Shown here: positions 41,505-55,554 of the stretch, in pieces | Layout: every line of letters begins with the position of its first letter | Position numbering within the stretch: the stretch's first letter is position 1 | NCBI GenBank assembly: GCA_951406725.2 | Contig: OX597826.1 | Location: 38,068,001-38,132,000, forward strand | Direction of reading: 5' to 3' | DNA: 64,000 bases | Source of the DNA: Octopus vulgaris | Lineage: Eukaryota | Translations under genes and position numbers: made by a program | The notes under the pieces: generated by a model | Databases searched by the model: none | Seen by the model: the letters and a program-made list of their open reading frames with translations, nothing else | What the model was told of the DNA's origin: nothing

Positions 41505-41553
<49 letters not shown>

Positions 41554-42500
41554 CATACATACATACATACATACATACATACATACATACATACATACAT
41601 ACATACATACATACATACATACATACATACGTATACTCCTCCAAATACGAGGGAAATTTCAATCAATTATAAATTATTTACGCAAGTCATTCAGTACAGC
41701 ATCATTTAATTTATGTGTGTTTGTGTATACATGTATATATATATATACATACATATATATGTATGTATGTGTATGCATACACGCGCACACTCACGCCCAC
41801 TTGCGCGCGCGCACACACACTCACACACACGCACGCACATATATATATATGTGTGTGTGTGTGTGTATACAGAGTGGCGAGGGAGGCTTATTGAAAATGA
41901 GACATAATTCTTTTCATTTTCTGTCACCAAATACAACAACGTTTAACATTACAATATAAACAGACCGTTTCAAGGGGAATCTCATTTATTCTTAGAACAC
42001 CTGCCGAAGAATTCACTCAGTTGAAAACTACACAATGGCGAGGTGTTTAATTGTTCTAGAATATATGATAAAAAGGTGTTTAATGGAAAATGGAACAAAC
42101 ATTGCTAAAATGGAGCTCCATAAAAATGTCATTGCTGATTCTTGTGTGGAGTGTTAATGTTTTCGGATTAAACTAGTTTTATGAAGTGTCACATGGAATG
42201 ATAATATTTAAAGAATTTACTATGCTATAGTCTTTATTATAAGACGAGTTTTGGTACGTGTGAGATGTAAAAAACAACCTTGATTGTGAGAAAGCATCAT
42301 CTATGTTTATAGATATAGGCATGTTCTGTGTATGTATGCGTAGGTGCAGACACATCTGTAGGTATGTGTGTGTTAGTGTGTTTGTCTGCAAGCGCGCGTG
42401 TACATATACACATATATACATAAATATATGCATGCAGATGTATGCCTCTACTTAAATATTATATACTTATAATATTTATAAATATATATATATATGTATG

Positions 42501-42551
<51 letters not shown>

Positions 42552-43266
42552 TTTTACATCAGCCTTTGACACATCAGGAGAGAAGACAGCTAAAAAAACT
42601 AGGTTGTCGTATATAGGCGTGTGTGTGCGTGTGTGTATTTATTTGTGTGTTTAAATGTATTCTAAAAACATATGTCTTTTTTTACGTATGTCTAAATACA
42701 AATTGTGAAAATCGAAGTGGAACAAGAAAACCAATTACAGGAAAGGACGAATTACACATAGAAATTCTCTCGTCAGCTTTAGAGATGAGAATGAACGTGG
42801 TTTCAGCACGTTTAACGTCCGAAGTCGTTCAGTTCCTCGGTAGTCTGAGTACATTTACTGTGACATTTTCACAAGACATGTTGCTATGCCGTGACTATCC
42901 TGATGGTTACCCACTACCCTACAGTGTCTCTGTTCGTTCATCAACTACTCTAAAGACGGGTGTGCTAGATAAATTTTATTATAGCGCCAGCAGTAGAGGC
43001 GTGCCTTGGTTCCTGCAAAACGAAAAAATCTTCTGCGCTCTACATTATCCCTGCTATTTTAAAACAACAGGATGGAGAATGTGAAAAGAAATACACACAC
43101 GCACACACACACACACATACATATAGATACACGCTAATTCTTAAGTGTACAGATAGGGAGGTACATGTATATATATACTTATATACATACATAGATATTG
43201 CGGTATATATGTTTATGTATATGTGTGTCCATGTATATGTGCGTGTATACATATATTCATGTCTGT

Positions 43267-43302
<36 letters not shown>

Positions 43303-43476
43303 TACCTTTTGGAATATATTACATATTAATTATTTGTAATATGATTTCTCAAGAATTCTGAAGTTTTAATATTTCTCCTTCGTTGTTACTCCTTAGAGAC
43401 AGGTGTTAGCAAGTTATTTTGCTATGAATACGTTGTAAGAGAAGTGTGCGCGTGTGTGGGTGTGTGCTTCAGTGAA

Positions 43477-43514
<38 letters not shown>

Positions 43515-43685
43515 TTTAAATTATTATGTGTGTGTATTTGCGTCTGTATATATTATATACGCGTGTGTATGTGTAGTTGCGTCTATGTATATATATATAT
43601 ATCACTGTATGTGCATATACATATATATTATATCAGCATACAGTCAAGAATATTAAAAATATTATGTGTACTTGTTTCCATATGC

Positions 43686-43720
<35 letters not shown>

Positions 43721-43843
43721 TACATATATATATATTTACATATATATATATATGTATATCTACAGATATATATATATATATACATATATATATACATGTA
43801 TATGTATATATACACATATATATATATATATACCTATGAACAG

Positions 43844-43879
<36 letters not shown>

Positions 43880-44494
43880 GTATATACGAGATATGTAATA
43901 TATATAATAAAAAATCTATACACATGGATAGATAGATATATACATAGATAGATAGATAGATACACACATACATAGATAAATACATACATTCATACACACA
44001 TAAATACATACATGCATGCGTACGTACATATATACATACATGCACACATGCGTGCGTGTATACATACATACATACATACATACATACATACATACATACA
44101 TACATACATACATACATACATACATACATACATACATACAATTGGGTAATTTTAGCTAAACTGAGATTAAAAGCAGAGGAAAACAGCCCAACTTCTGTAC
44201 TGAATCAACTGAGGCAGTTTCCAGTTAGACAATGAAAAAAGCTAATTTTCTAGATTAAGTGTTTGTCCTCCAGAACATTGCGTTTGCATCGAAATAAGGA
44301 ATGTGTGAAAGGTAACTGAAAATCATTTTGAAATAAAAATAGAGTAGACATTTGTTAATATTTTTAGAAGATATTACAATTTTAGAAAGTTTGTTTTCAA
44401 TAAGATTTGCTTTTAGAACTTGAAATACAAACACACACATACTCAGATTGGTGTCTATGTATGTTGTGCTCTTCCCCTTTTCTCTTTTAGAGTA

Positions 44495-44815
44495 AATTTG
44501 GACTGTCCACCAATACTCTTTCATATTATGAGCTCTTTTGACCTCTACGGCTCAACAAGTTGTTATAATTTTCATCTCAGGATTATCCTTCCGACGGATT
44601 TCATTCTACAGTGTCTTGGCTACAACATCGTGTCTGATCGGTAACTCTAAGCGTAATGGCATCTTGGACAATTGCTTATGATATGGAAGATACTTCCCAT
44701 GTTTACACCAAAAATTCTGCATCTTTTACCATATTTTGGTGCTTTTGTGCATCAGGAATTGGTAGCTATTTCTTATTCCTGGAGCGCAAATGCATTCCCT
44801 TCAAAGTGAGGGCTA
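44495..44815 (-). pseudogene. Decayed R4-like REL retrotransposon fragment (CCHC region)
   Basis: Broken peptides HFEGNAFALQE*EIAT, CRIFGVN..FHIISNCP, PIRHDVVAKTL*NEIRRKDNP and KEYWW are collinear with the equivalent motifs in 53736-55300. Confidence 0.7.
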
Positions 44816-45505
44816 GAGATGTCTGTATGTGTGTATGAGTGTATGCATGTATGTATGTGTGTAAGTATGTATGTTTGTATGTATGTATGTATGTGTGTGT
44901 ATGTGTGTATGTATGAGCGCGTGTATGTATATGTGTGTATGTACATAAGTATGTGTGTATGTATATGTATGTACGTAAGTATGTCTGCTTGTTTGTATGA
45001 ATGTATGTATGTATGTATGTATGTATGTATGCGTGTGTATGTACATAAGTATGTATGTTTGTATGCATTTGTATGTATGTGTATGTACGTAAGTGTGTAT
45101 GTTTGTATGTATGTGTGTGTATGTATGCATGCATGTATGCGCACATGTATGTATGTCACAGCCGTGTTGTCCGCTCAAGAGACAGGTTCTAAACTGCTTC
45201 AAGCAATGGTTGTTATACTCGAGAACGCGGAAGATGCCATCATCATCATGCATATATTACTGCATGGATGGATCTTTGGGCGTCATTTTAACGTTTTACC
45301 TTTGCTGGCACCACGGTAGACACTAACAAAATGGCAAAATGGCATGGATTTATAGTTACCTGAATCGTTGGATGTAGGTCTGTCTGTGTGTGTGTATTGT
45401 GTATATATATATGAGCGCGCATGGACAAACTTGCACTCGTGGGTGCGCGTATCACGATACAATGCAAGTGTGTTCCACTCTTGTTCATGTGTGTGCGTGT
45501 GCGTG

Positions 45506-45562
<57 letters not shown>

Positions 45563-45589
45563 AAAAGACTAAACCGGCAACCTAACCAG

Positions 45590-45870
45590 GTTTGAGAAAC
45601 CCAAAAACTATTCCCTCATTGACGAGGGTATAATTTTGGGGTTTCTCAACGGAATAAAAACAAAACCTGCGAAATGGTGGATGAGTTCAAGAGAGTCATC
45701 GACCATCCATTTCTGTGTGTATGTCCTTTACCTTTCCTCTTTCCTCCTTCTGACAAAGAGCTATGCTCGAAACATCGAAAACCCACTCTTTTTCACACCT
45801 TTACTGAGCGTCAAGCTAATACACTCCATATGTAGGTCCTTTTGTTATTTTGCTATTTATTATTTTTAAC
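45590..45870 (+). mobile_element. Penelope-like pLTR fragment with a hairpin (45592-45648) and a mutated hammerhead (45747-45780)
   Basis: CTGACAA-A-GAGC TAT GCTC-GAAACATC; inverted repeat TTGAGAAACCC...GGGTTTCTCAA. Confidence 0.55.
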
Positions 45871-46063
45871 GCTCAATTTCACTTTTATCTTACGCTCACA
45901 CGGATCTTCTGCATCCTTCCAACAAAGATTTGGAGGATCTAATTCTAGGGTTTCCCTACACTGAATTACCCTATCCTTGGATACGCTACTTTTTGAATTC
46001 CTTCGGAGTACGTCGTTTTTGAATCTTGATTATATGTGAGTATGTATGTATGTAAGGGCGGAG

Positions 46064-46472
46064 GAACTCCTGAGAGTCAACGGCCATCTAATAAATGTGT
46101 AATTTTTTTTCTTAAGGCTTATGGCTGTATAATGCGCGGGGACATAGAAACAATTGGACTGAATACCCGATCGCGCGGTTAAACCATTGGGAGTGAAGGA
46201 CTCCTAGCCTTTGTTAGGGCATCCTTCTAGGAGAAGGTAACTCAGGTAGCTGGGATAACTCCGACATAAAACATGCGGCTCAGTGGTTACCGATGATGTT
46301 GAGTTGTTCTTTTTTTTCGGATTATGGCTGCTGTTGCTTAGTGAGTGGGATTGACTCAGTGCACAGCCTTTCCTCACTTTAGAAAAAATCTTCTTGCACA
46401 GGCATTGCACGATAACAACATTGATTAAGCTTCGTACAATGGCCATACTCGATAACGAGGGGGCATCCACCA
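46064..46472 (+). mobile_element. Short non-autonomous retroposon, probably RTE-related, within (GTAT)n
   Basis: GGGCATCCTTCTAGGAGAAGGTAACTC resembles recalled RTE 5' UTR motifs. Both flanks are (GTAT)n, and a similar 3' end occurs at 45160-45250. Confidence 0.45.
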
Positions 46473-47130
46473 TGTATGTATGTATGTATGTATGTATGTA
46501 TGTATGTATGTATGTATGTGTGTAAATCCACATGGGAAAAGGAAACTCTTCAAACCTGTAACGTTTGTAATCCCAGACAGCTTACTTGTTATGGCTTGTT
46601 GCTAGTTTCATGCCTTTAACCATTTAGAGAAAATCCCTTTCGTCCCACAATCGTTTGTCATTATAAAATCTAATCATTGTCGCGCTCTTTCAAGAGCGAT
46701 GGAGAACTCAGGCTTCTTGAAAGCATAAACAGGCGCTGGGCCTTCTGCTGTGGGGATTCATATATCATGTGTGATAGTAACAGTGAAATATCGTTACTTC
46801 AGTCGCTTTTATGATCGAGGAGGGCATGAAATGTAATAAAGATGGCGTCGGTGGCTATTCGCTATTCTCAGTCAGCCATACAGCTGTTTCCTTCATTGTC
46901 TGGGAGAAGTTTTTGCCTTGCCGTAGTCTTGTATATCTTCATCACTTTGGGGACCCATAATGCAAAGACATTGTATCTGTCATTTTAGTTAAAAAGGTGG
47001 GCATACTTGATAATGAGTCGAAAACTACCACACATACACACACTCACATACATATACATATATATTATATATATATATGTGTGTGTGTGTATGTATATAT
47101 ATATATATATATATATATACGTACATGTAC

Positions 47131-47197
<67 letters not shown>

Positions 47198-48432
47198 TGT
47201 ATGTATGTATGTATGTATATGTGTATATATAGATAGATAGATATAGATATATAGACACATACTTGATGTATAAAACATGCTATATATATGACTATATAAA
47301 TGTATATATGATTATATATAGTCATATGCATAGAATAAAGAAATATGTATAATCATATTTGTACGCATAGGCTTAGGTCTGTATGAGTGTACATATATGT
47401 ATGTACACGTACATATATATATATATATATAATATATGTGTGTGTGTGTTTACACACACACACATCTATACTCGTACATAAATATAAATCATATATAATA
47501 TTTGCAACATTAAAGTAATATGTCCATGTGTGTGTGTGTGTGCGTGCGTATACTCATAAATACACGCGTGTGTCTTTCTGTATGTACACTACTATGTCCA
47601 ACATATAAAGAAGCTGTGTTTGTTTGTCCGTTTTTTTTTTTTTGGTATATTTCGAAAACGAAGCATTTTTTTTTTTTGTCCTTTTAAATTTTTGGCCGAT
47701 TTTTTATTCTTTTCCTGTCGTTTAATCATCTTTTAAGGGGAGGGAAGAAATAACAGTTTGCAATCAACTCTTTAACGGGCAAAACATTAAATCGAATTGG
47801 TGTTTAGGAAGCATTAAAACTGTGTATATTAGGGACACATTGACGTCAATATTTTTCTACGTTTTCATCATATGGACATTTATAAACACTTCAAATGATA
47901 GATTTCTTTATGCATACACCCGCAAAAACAAGAACAAGAACGATATAAACAAGTCGGTACACAAACATCTATATATATATATAAATATGTATGTGCAAGC
48001 TAGACTAACAGTAACCCGTTTGACGGTATTACTTCATCACATTTTATTCATTACAAGCCAACAACTGTTTGAAGCTGGATAAGGTAACTATAAATATAAA
48101 AATATGGAAGGACCCCTTTGCAACAACAAAAAAATGTTCCCTTTCCAGAGTTTTACAAGAGTTGAAATTTTATTACATTTTAAATATATGGATGCATTTA
48201 TGTATAAGTATGTATGATTTGTATATAAAACTTGTGTATTAAAGGCATGTAGATGTATGTATGTATGTATGTATGTATGTATGTGTTTCATTGTTCATTT
48301 CGACAAGATTATGCTTGCAGCTCTGTTTGTTAACATTTATGTTTCAGTTGGTTGAATAGAGAATCGAACGTTGGCAGGCTGGCTGCCTGGCTGGTTGGGT
48401 TGATGGTTTTGTGGGTATAAGTGTGCGTTTCA

Positions 48433-48467
<35 letters not shown>

Positions 48468-48761
48468 ACACACATACACACACACACACACACACATCTA
48501 CGAACAAGCACAAACATACACATGAGTGTTCATATATGCATTATGTATATATATATATATATATATATATAGAAGTGTGTGTACATAGATATAATTGAGA
48601 AGTGAGAAAATCTATGTTACGCCATCAAGTAGAGAGAATAATTGTATTATGTTATTGTAATATAAATATATGTGTGTGTCTGTGTGTGTATGTGTGTGTG
48701 TGAGTGTGTGTGCGTGTGCGTGTGTGTGTGTGAGTATGTGTGTGTGTGTGTGTGTCTCTGT

Positions 48762-48829
<68 letters not shown>

Positions 48830-48992
48830 ATCCCTTACTGAGAAGTAATTTGGATTTTATAACCACCCTAAAGAGGTCATAATTTTCTGAAGGAAACTTA
48901 GGATCACAACTTTAACGTAGCAAGTTAAATATCAATTTAATTTTGTGTGTGTGTGTCTGTGTGTGTGTGTCTGTGTGTGTGTCTGTGTGTGT

Positions 48993-49070
<78 letters not shown>

Positions 49071-49430
49071 CCTTTGAAGTGTGCTGTCTCCTTGGTCACA
49101 AAATTGCAAATAAGGAATTGAGTAGATGAAACGCCTGATGTAGGGGAGTAGAAATTTGGAGAGGAGGGAGAAACCAATGAGATGTTGGATGAGGGAAGAA
49201 GTAAAGCGTTAGGAGTGGCGATGTGGGGAGTAGGTCAGTTTTTAAAGAATGGGATTAAGGTGTTGGGCGTCAGGTCAGGTGGCGTACGAAATAAGTGAGA
49301 ATGCGCAGATGAGACACACGCACAAAGAAGGGTGGCAGCTGGAGGGAAGAGCGAACGGTGTAGAGGCCGATCCAGGGTTTTGAGAGTAATCAGGATTTAA
49401 AGAATATAGAGCTTTTAAAAAACAATCAAG

Positions 49431-49863
49431 GGGCGCAGGAGTGGCTGTGTGGTAAGTAGCTTACTTACCAACCACATGGTTCCGAGTTCAGTCCCACTGC
49501 GTGGCACCTTGGGTACGTGTCTTCTACTATAGCCTCAGGCCGACCAAAGCCTTGTGAGTGGATTTGGTAGACGGAAATTGAAAGCAGCCCGTCGTATTTA
49601 TGTATATGTATATGTGTGTGTGTGTGTGTATGTGTGTGTGTGTGTGTGTGTGTGTTTGTGTGTCTGTGTTTGTCTCTCAACACCACTTGACAACCGATGC
49701 TAGTGTGTTTACGTCCCCGTAACTTAGCAGTTCGGCAAAAGAAACCGATAGAATAAGTACTAGGCTTACAAAGAATGAGTCCAGGGGTCGATTTGCTCGA
49801 CTAAAGGCGGTGCTCCAGCATGGCCACAGTCAAATGACTGAAACAAGTAAAAGAGTAAAAGAG
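49431..49863 (+). mobile_element. tRNA-derived SINE, family B, full length with internal (TG)n
   Basis: A box TGGCTGTGTGG, B box GAGTTCAGTCCC, CORE-like GGCACCTTGGG.A.GTG, tail GTAAAAGAGTAAAAGAG. Confidence 0.9.
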
Positions 49864-50019
49864 TCTGTAGGGAACGGTAAAGACTAAAACATTGTTCAGA
49901 ATAGGTCTTGGGCAGAAATATTTAGGTATGGAGGGTAGTGGAGGATGGTGATAATACATTGAACTGTAACCAACTTCTGTGACTATAATCGATGCACATA
50001 AGCAACAGATAATTATTTC

Positions 50020-50630
50020 TAATTTTAACACAAAATCAGCAATTTTGAGGGTAGCTGGGAGTCGATTGTGTTGAGCCTAGTGCTCAGTTACTATTTATGT
50101 TATTAACCCCGATAGGATGAAAGGCAAAGATATCGTCGCTGGCATTTGAATTCAGAACGTAAAGAACCGGGGGAAATGTCTATCAAGGCATTTTGTCCGG
50201 CACGCGAACATGTCTGCCAGCTCGACACCTTACATGTGACACAAATAATCCTTTCTACTAAAGGCACAAGGTCTGAAATTTGGGGGAGGAGGCAAGTCGA
50301 TTACATCGACCCCAGTACGCAACTGGTACTTAATTTATCGATCCCGAAAGGATGAAAGGCAAAGTCGACCTCGGCGGAATTTCAACTCAGAACGTAGCGA
50401 CGGGCGAAATACCTATTTCTTTACTACCTACAAGGGGCTAAACACAGAGAGGACAAACAAGGACAGACAAGGATTAAGTCGATTATATCGACACCAGTGC
50501 GTAACTGGTACTTAATTTGATGAAAGGCAAAGTCGACCTCAGCGGAATTTGAACTCAGAACATAGCGGCAGACGAAATACCGCTAAGCATTTCGCCCGGC
50601 GTGCTAACGTTTCTGCCAGCACGCTGCCTT
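50020..50630 (-). mobile_element. SINE family A: diverged monomer plus dimer
   Basis: Same dimer junction GAAATACCTATTTCTTT at about 50410. Confidence 0.88.
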
Positions 50631-51237
50631 CATGTACCACAAATAATGTACGCACAAGATATGCAAGGTACTTCAAGCAGTGTGTATGTATGTTCAGTTT
50701 TATTTCAAGATTTCTTGTCAATAGAGAAAGAACCGGTTTCAAACCTAGATCCAAGGCTCCTTCGTTGGAATTTCAAAATCAACAACAAAGTATTTTTGTT
50801 TGTATGTATGTATGCATGTATGTATGTATGTATGTGCAGACACAAGTATATACGCCGCAACTCAAAATAAAAATACAGATCATGCAACAACAACAACAAC
50901 AACAACAATAACAACAGAATCTATAAAACTGTCTTGAAATGTTAGTTCCATAAACACTGTCCAAATGGTAAATACTTTGACACTAACATGATTATTCTTG
51001 TAATGGAATCTCAGATATTGAAGTAAAGTTCATGTTCTTATTAATCCATTTATTCCGGTTCCACAGCTGTAGAATTCTTCGTAGTGAAGAATTTTACCAT
51101 TAAAAAAAAAAGAAATATAATAAATATAATAAATCTAGATCCGTGAGTTTCTTCTTGCTGGACACCGGAGACTTTTGAAATTGTCAGCCCAACTGACATA
51201 TTCTTGGCTGCTCATGGCAAGAACGACCACAACAACA

Positions 51238-51470
51238 ATACCTATTTCTTTATTACCCACAAGGGGCTAAACACAAAGGGGACAAACAAGGACAGACATA
51301 GGTATTAAGTCGATTACATCGACCCCAGTGCGTAACTGGTACTTAATTTATCGACCCCGAAAGGATGAAAGGCAAAGTCGACCTCGGCGGAATTTGAACC
51401 CACAACGTAACGACAGACGAAATACGGCTACGCATTTCGCCCGACGTGCTAACGTTTCTGCCAGCTCGCA
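51238..51470 (-). mobile_element. SINE family A, left monomer
   Basis: Core plus minus-strand tail GCCCCTTGTGGGTAATAAAGAAATAG. Confidence 0.88.
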
Positions 51471-52189
51471 ACGACATGCCGTTGTCGTCGTCATCATCAT
51501 CATCATCATCATCAAAAATCAACAGCAAATCTGCTTATGACGACAATCTCAATAGCAACAACCGCAGCAACACTAAGAACGACATCAATAACATCGACAG
51601 CGAAATCAACAACAGCAACAGCAACACTAACTGCTGCTGCTGCTACTACTACTACTACCACTACTACTACTGCTGCTGCTGCTGTTGCTGCTGCTGCGGT
51701 TGCTGCTGCTACTACTACTACTACTACTACTACTAAAAGTAATCTAAACGTCAAAAGCTCAATGTTTGTTGTTTGAATGCGAAGCAGCGTGTGGTGGGTA
51801 GGTGGGAGTTGGACATAAGGGGTCGGGATAGAGAAGAATTTATGTAAAATGCCATACAAAATGGTAAACAAATGGAATTTGGTCATTTTTTGGTTCTGCT
51901 AATAGTTGAATAATAGAGATAAAATGGTGGAATGTTTCTTTTTCCTTCTGTCTCGGATTGTAATTATGGCTTTTTATTAGATCCTTTTAAAACGCCCATT
52001 ACAGGGGGCAGGTCACTTGGTCTCAAACCTTGACCCTTTTGCAGGATTTCATTGTTTTACATTTTTATGCTAATTATTGTTTTATTGTTTACACGTGCTT
52101 TATATAAATCCCCACTGTCCCTTATTTTTATATAATCCTTTCTGTTTTATTGTGCGGCCCTTGTGGCCAATAAAGAAAGGATTGTTATG

Positions 52190-52870
52190 ATTACTCTTCC
52201 GTAACACAGTGTAGGTAAAAATGCACCGGAGTCTTTAGGCATCTGTCAAGTCACAAAAAGGACCTCAGACAGATAATACTTTCCTTAAGATATGCGCTGT
52301 GCCCAATAAGGCTGCTTTTTGCAAGACATCAATCTTGCATGGGATTTCCAGTTGCCTTAAGAAGTCTTGAAGTTTCAGTGGGATTGAATGCATGGCTCCG
52401 ATCACTTTTACATTATCTTCTCGCATTCCATACAGTATTGCCATTTCCACTTTCATTTCGGAGTTCTTGGTGATATTTTCAACCTCTTTACTCGCAACAT
52501 TCATGTCATTTGGTATAGTTACACTAATGATCTGACAGTATTTGTCTCTCCTGTTCAATATGACAATATCCGGCCGACGGTGTTCGATAACACAATCCGT
52601 CTGAAAATCATAGTCCAAGAGTATCGTTATTTTTTCACCCTCAAGCATAACTTTACTTGGTACATGCTCATACCAGTTCTCTATTACTTCATATTGGTAT
52701 TTACAGCATAAGAGCCAATGAAAATGCACACTTTATCCTGGCGGCGCTTGTATTCTTTTTATGCAAGACTTTCACATCTTTTTATGCAAGACTTTCACCA
52801 AGTAGGTCACATTTTCCACACTATTTCCACAGAGTCTGCATTTCTGGGTGTCAGAAGTTTGATTTCTGGA
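52190..52870 (-). mobile_element. Older 5'-truncated R4-like REL retrotransposon
   Basis: ORF 52265-52729 contains WYEHVP, HRRPDIVIL and LQKAALLGTAHILRKVL. Confidence 0.85.
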
Positions 52871-52948
52871 TGTCAGAAGTTGTTGTCGTCGTCGTCGTCG
52901 TCGCCGCCGCCGCCGTCGACGTCGTCGTCGTCGTTATTGTTGTTGTTG

Positions 52949-52984
<36 letters not shown>

Positions 52985-52989
<5 letters not shown>

Positions 52990-53588
52990 TTCGCCTTAGC
53001 GAAGGCGGAGATATTGTTTTCAGTCGTGTTTGTTTGTCCGTAGACAAGATATATCAAGAACCGCTAGATGGATTGGGATGAAACTTTCAGAGATGTTTGG
53101 CCTCGTTATTGGCACGAACCGATTAGATTTCGGGATCGATCCGGTACTGGACAAGGATTCTGGATTATTTGTTATATTTACTTTACTTTACATGATTATG
53201 ATCTTACGTTAATCTTCAAGTCTTTCTCAATCATCTCCCTTTAGCTTGTAACTATTTTGAATGGTGAATTTGTTAACTTTGCCTTGTATTAGATAAGGAT
53301 AAACTATTTATTACTGTTACTAAATTCTCAAATTCTCTACAGCCACCTTCACAATCCATGACTACCATTGGGATCGATCAGGTACCAGACAATGATTCTG
53401 GATTATTTTTCCGGTTTTTTTTTTTTTTTACTTAATTTATTGAGAGCGGTCGGGTTCATTTTTAATATTCTCGTTTGTGAGAGCAGTTGAGTTTATTTCA
53501 GATATTCTCATTCTAAAAGTCATCTCTGGCTAATTGTTGAGAAGACGGTGTTGCTTTGGCGTAGGTTTGTGCTCTCTGAGTGCTCTTA
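52985..53588 (+). mobile_element. Helentron-associated (HINE/DINE-like) non-autonomous element
   Basis: Sub-terminal inverted repeats ACCTTCGCC (52987) and GGCGTAGGT (53558), a 5' hairpin, a short GTTT/GTCC repeat, 3' stem-loop GCTCTCTGAGT, and an internal duplication of about 39 bp. Confidence 0.65.
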
Positions 53589-53591
53589 TTA

Positions 53592-53631
<40 letters not shown>

Positions 53632-53634
<3 letters not shown>

Positions 53635-55299
53635 TAGTTTTATTTTTATTTTTTATAGCGTGCTTTCACTTCACTACCGAGCGCAGCTCTGTGTGCCTTG
53701 GGTATGTGCTGTGATTTGTTGTGATGCTCTGATGGTTATTGTATGGAAAGTGTTCTGCGTAGGATGTGTGCAGTGCCTAGTAGTGCAATTTTCTGTATGT
53801 TATATGTGTTTGTAAGTCCTGGTGTTTTTGTTATGTATTTGTCTGAATATTTTTTTATCATGCCTAATGCACCTACTATGATAGGAATTGTTTCTGTTTT
53901 CAGATTCCACATTCTAGTTACCTCTATTTCCAGGTCTTTGTATTTTGAGAGTTTCTCCATTTCTTTTAGAGACACGTTGTCATCTGCCGGTACTGATACA
54001 TCAATTAGAAAGCATTTTTTTTCTTCATGGTCTCTGACAACTATATCTGGTCTGTTGGCCTTAATTTCTCTATCTGTGTGTATCGGCATATCCCAGAGTA
54101 TGGTTGCTTTCTCGTTTTCTGTGATCTTTTCTGGTGTGTGCCTATACCATCTTTTTTCTGTTGTTATTCCATAATGTTGGCATAGCTTCCAATGTATGTA
54201 GGTTCCAACTCTGTCATGTCTGTGAATATATTCCTTCTTAGCCAGGACTGGGCAGCTAGAGATAATATGATTTATTGTTTCTTGTCCATCTCCACATATT
54301 CTGCAGTTACTTGTAATATTTCTTTTCATTACATGTTTTTGGTAATTTCTGGTGGGGAGGCTTTGGTCTTGTGCTGCAATTAAAAATCCCTCTGTTTCTG
54401 CTTTGAGTCCTGAGCTTCTCAACCATTGCTGGGATTTTTCTTTGTCTATTTCTTTTGCGTTTAGTTTAGTCCAGTATTTACCATGAAGGGGCTTTTCTTG
54501 CCATCGTTTTATCATGGTTCGTTGCTGTTCTATTTTTAGTTTGGATTTCATTTTTTTTATAGCTTTTGTTGTTTCTTCATCTTCTTCTTCTTCATGTTTA
54601 TTAGGTGGTATGATTTCTTGTTTGTATTTGTCAGCTTCCTTAAATACTGAGAACAGTTTTTTGTTTTGCTCGTGTTTTGCCGCTATCTGGATCAGTTTTC
54701 CTTCCTTCTGAAGTAGATATTTTTGCAGTCCTATGGTGGTTATTTTATAGTAGTTTTCCAGCTGTATAAGGCCTCTACCACCTTCTATACGTTGTATATA
54801 TAGTCTTTCTATGTCAGATTTTGGGTGATGCATCCTAGATCCTGTCATTATTTTTCTTGTTTTCCTGTCTATTTTGGTCAGTTCATTTCGTGTCCAGTTA
54901 AGGATATTGTAGCTGTAACTTATAACTGGGACAGCTAAAGTGTTGATACCTATTATCTTGTTTTTAGCATTGAGCTCTGTGTTTAGTATTGATCTAACTC
55001 GTCTATAATATTCTTTTTTTATTTTCTCTTTCATTTGTGTGTGTTGTGTCTTATCTAGTTCATGAATTCCTAAGTATTTGTAAGTTTGGCTTTGGTCTAA
55101 TTCTTTTATTTCATTTGCTTCATCTAGTGTGATGTTGTTACTCTTAACTAGTTTTCCTCTTTTCATGGTTACTTTGGCGCATTTTTCTAATCCAAATTTC
55201 ATATCTATTTCTTTGGTAAATCCATGAACTGTCTTTAATAGTGTTTCCAGCTGTTTGTCATTTGCAGCGTATAGTTTTAGGTCATCCATATATAAAAGG

Positions 55300-55300
<1 letters not shown>
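53632..55300 (-). mobile_element. Young 5'-truncated R4/Dong-clade non-LTR retrotransposon inserted in (TAA)n
   Basis: Open frame, 3' UTR of about 100 bp with AATAAA, and (TAA)n directly on both sides. Confidence 0.92.
53736..55300 (-). CDS. Truncated retrotransposon ORF: RT C-terminal half, CCHC zinc knuckle and restriction-like endonuclease
   Basis: LLYMDDLKLY, FGLEKC, YKYLGI, GGRGL, CRIC..HIISSC, RHD, RPDIV..LIDV..KLSKY and QKIALLGTAHIL, with no stops over about 520 codons. There is no genuine start codon. Confidence 0.9.
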
Positions 55301-55359
<59 letters not shown>

Positions 55360-55399
55360 GTTGTTGTTGTTGTTGTTGTTGTTATCATTATTATTATTA

Positions 55400-55433
<34 letters not shown>

Positions 55434-55434
55434 G

Positions 55435-55505
<71 letters not shown>
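55300..55505. repeat. (TTA)n/(TTG)n tract
   Basis: Direct reading. Confidence 0.95.
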
Positions 55506-55554
55506 GGGAATGATGGAAAAAAATCAGCTATCCACAGTCAGCAGAATAAGGTGG

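Noticed and set aside
53743-54711. Plus-strand ORFs inside the retrotransposon
   Set aside because: Antisense shadows of the RT/REL frame.
55301-55388. N-terminus (poly-T/I) of the 550-aa ORF
   Set aside because: It is the flanking (TAA)/(CAA) tract, not element sequence.
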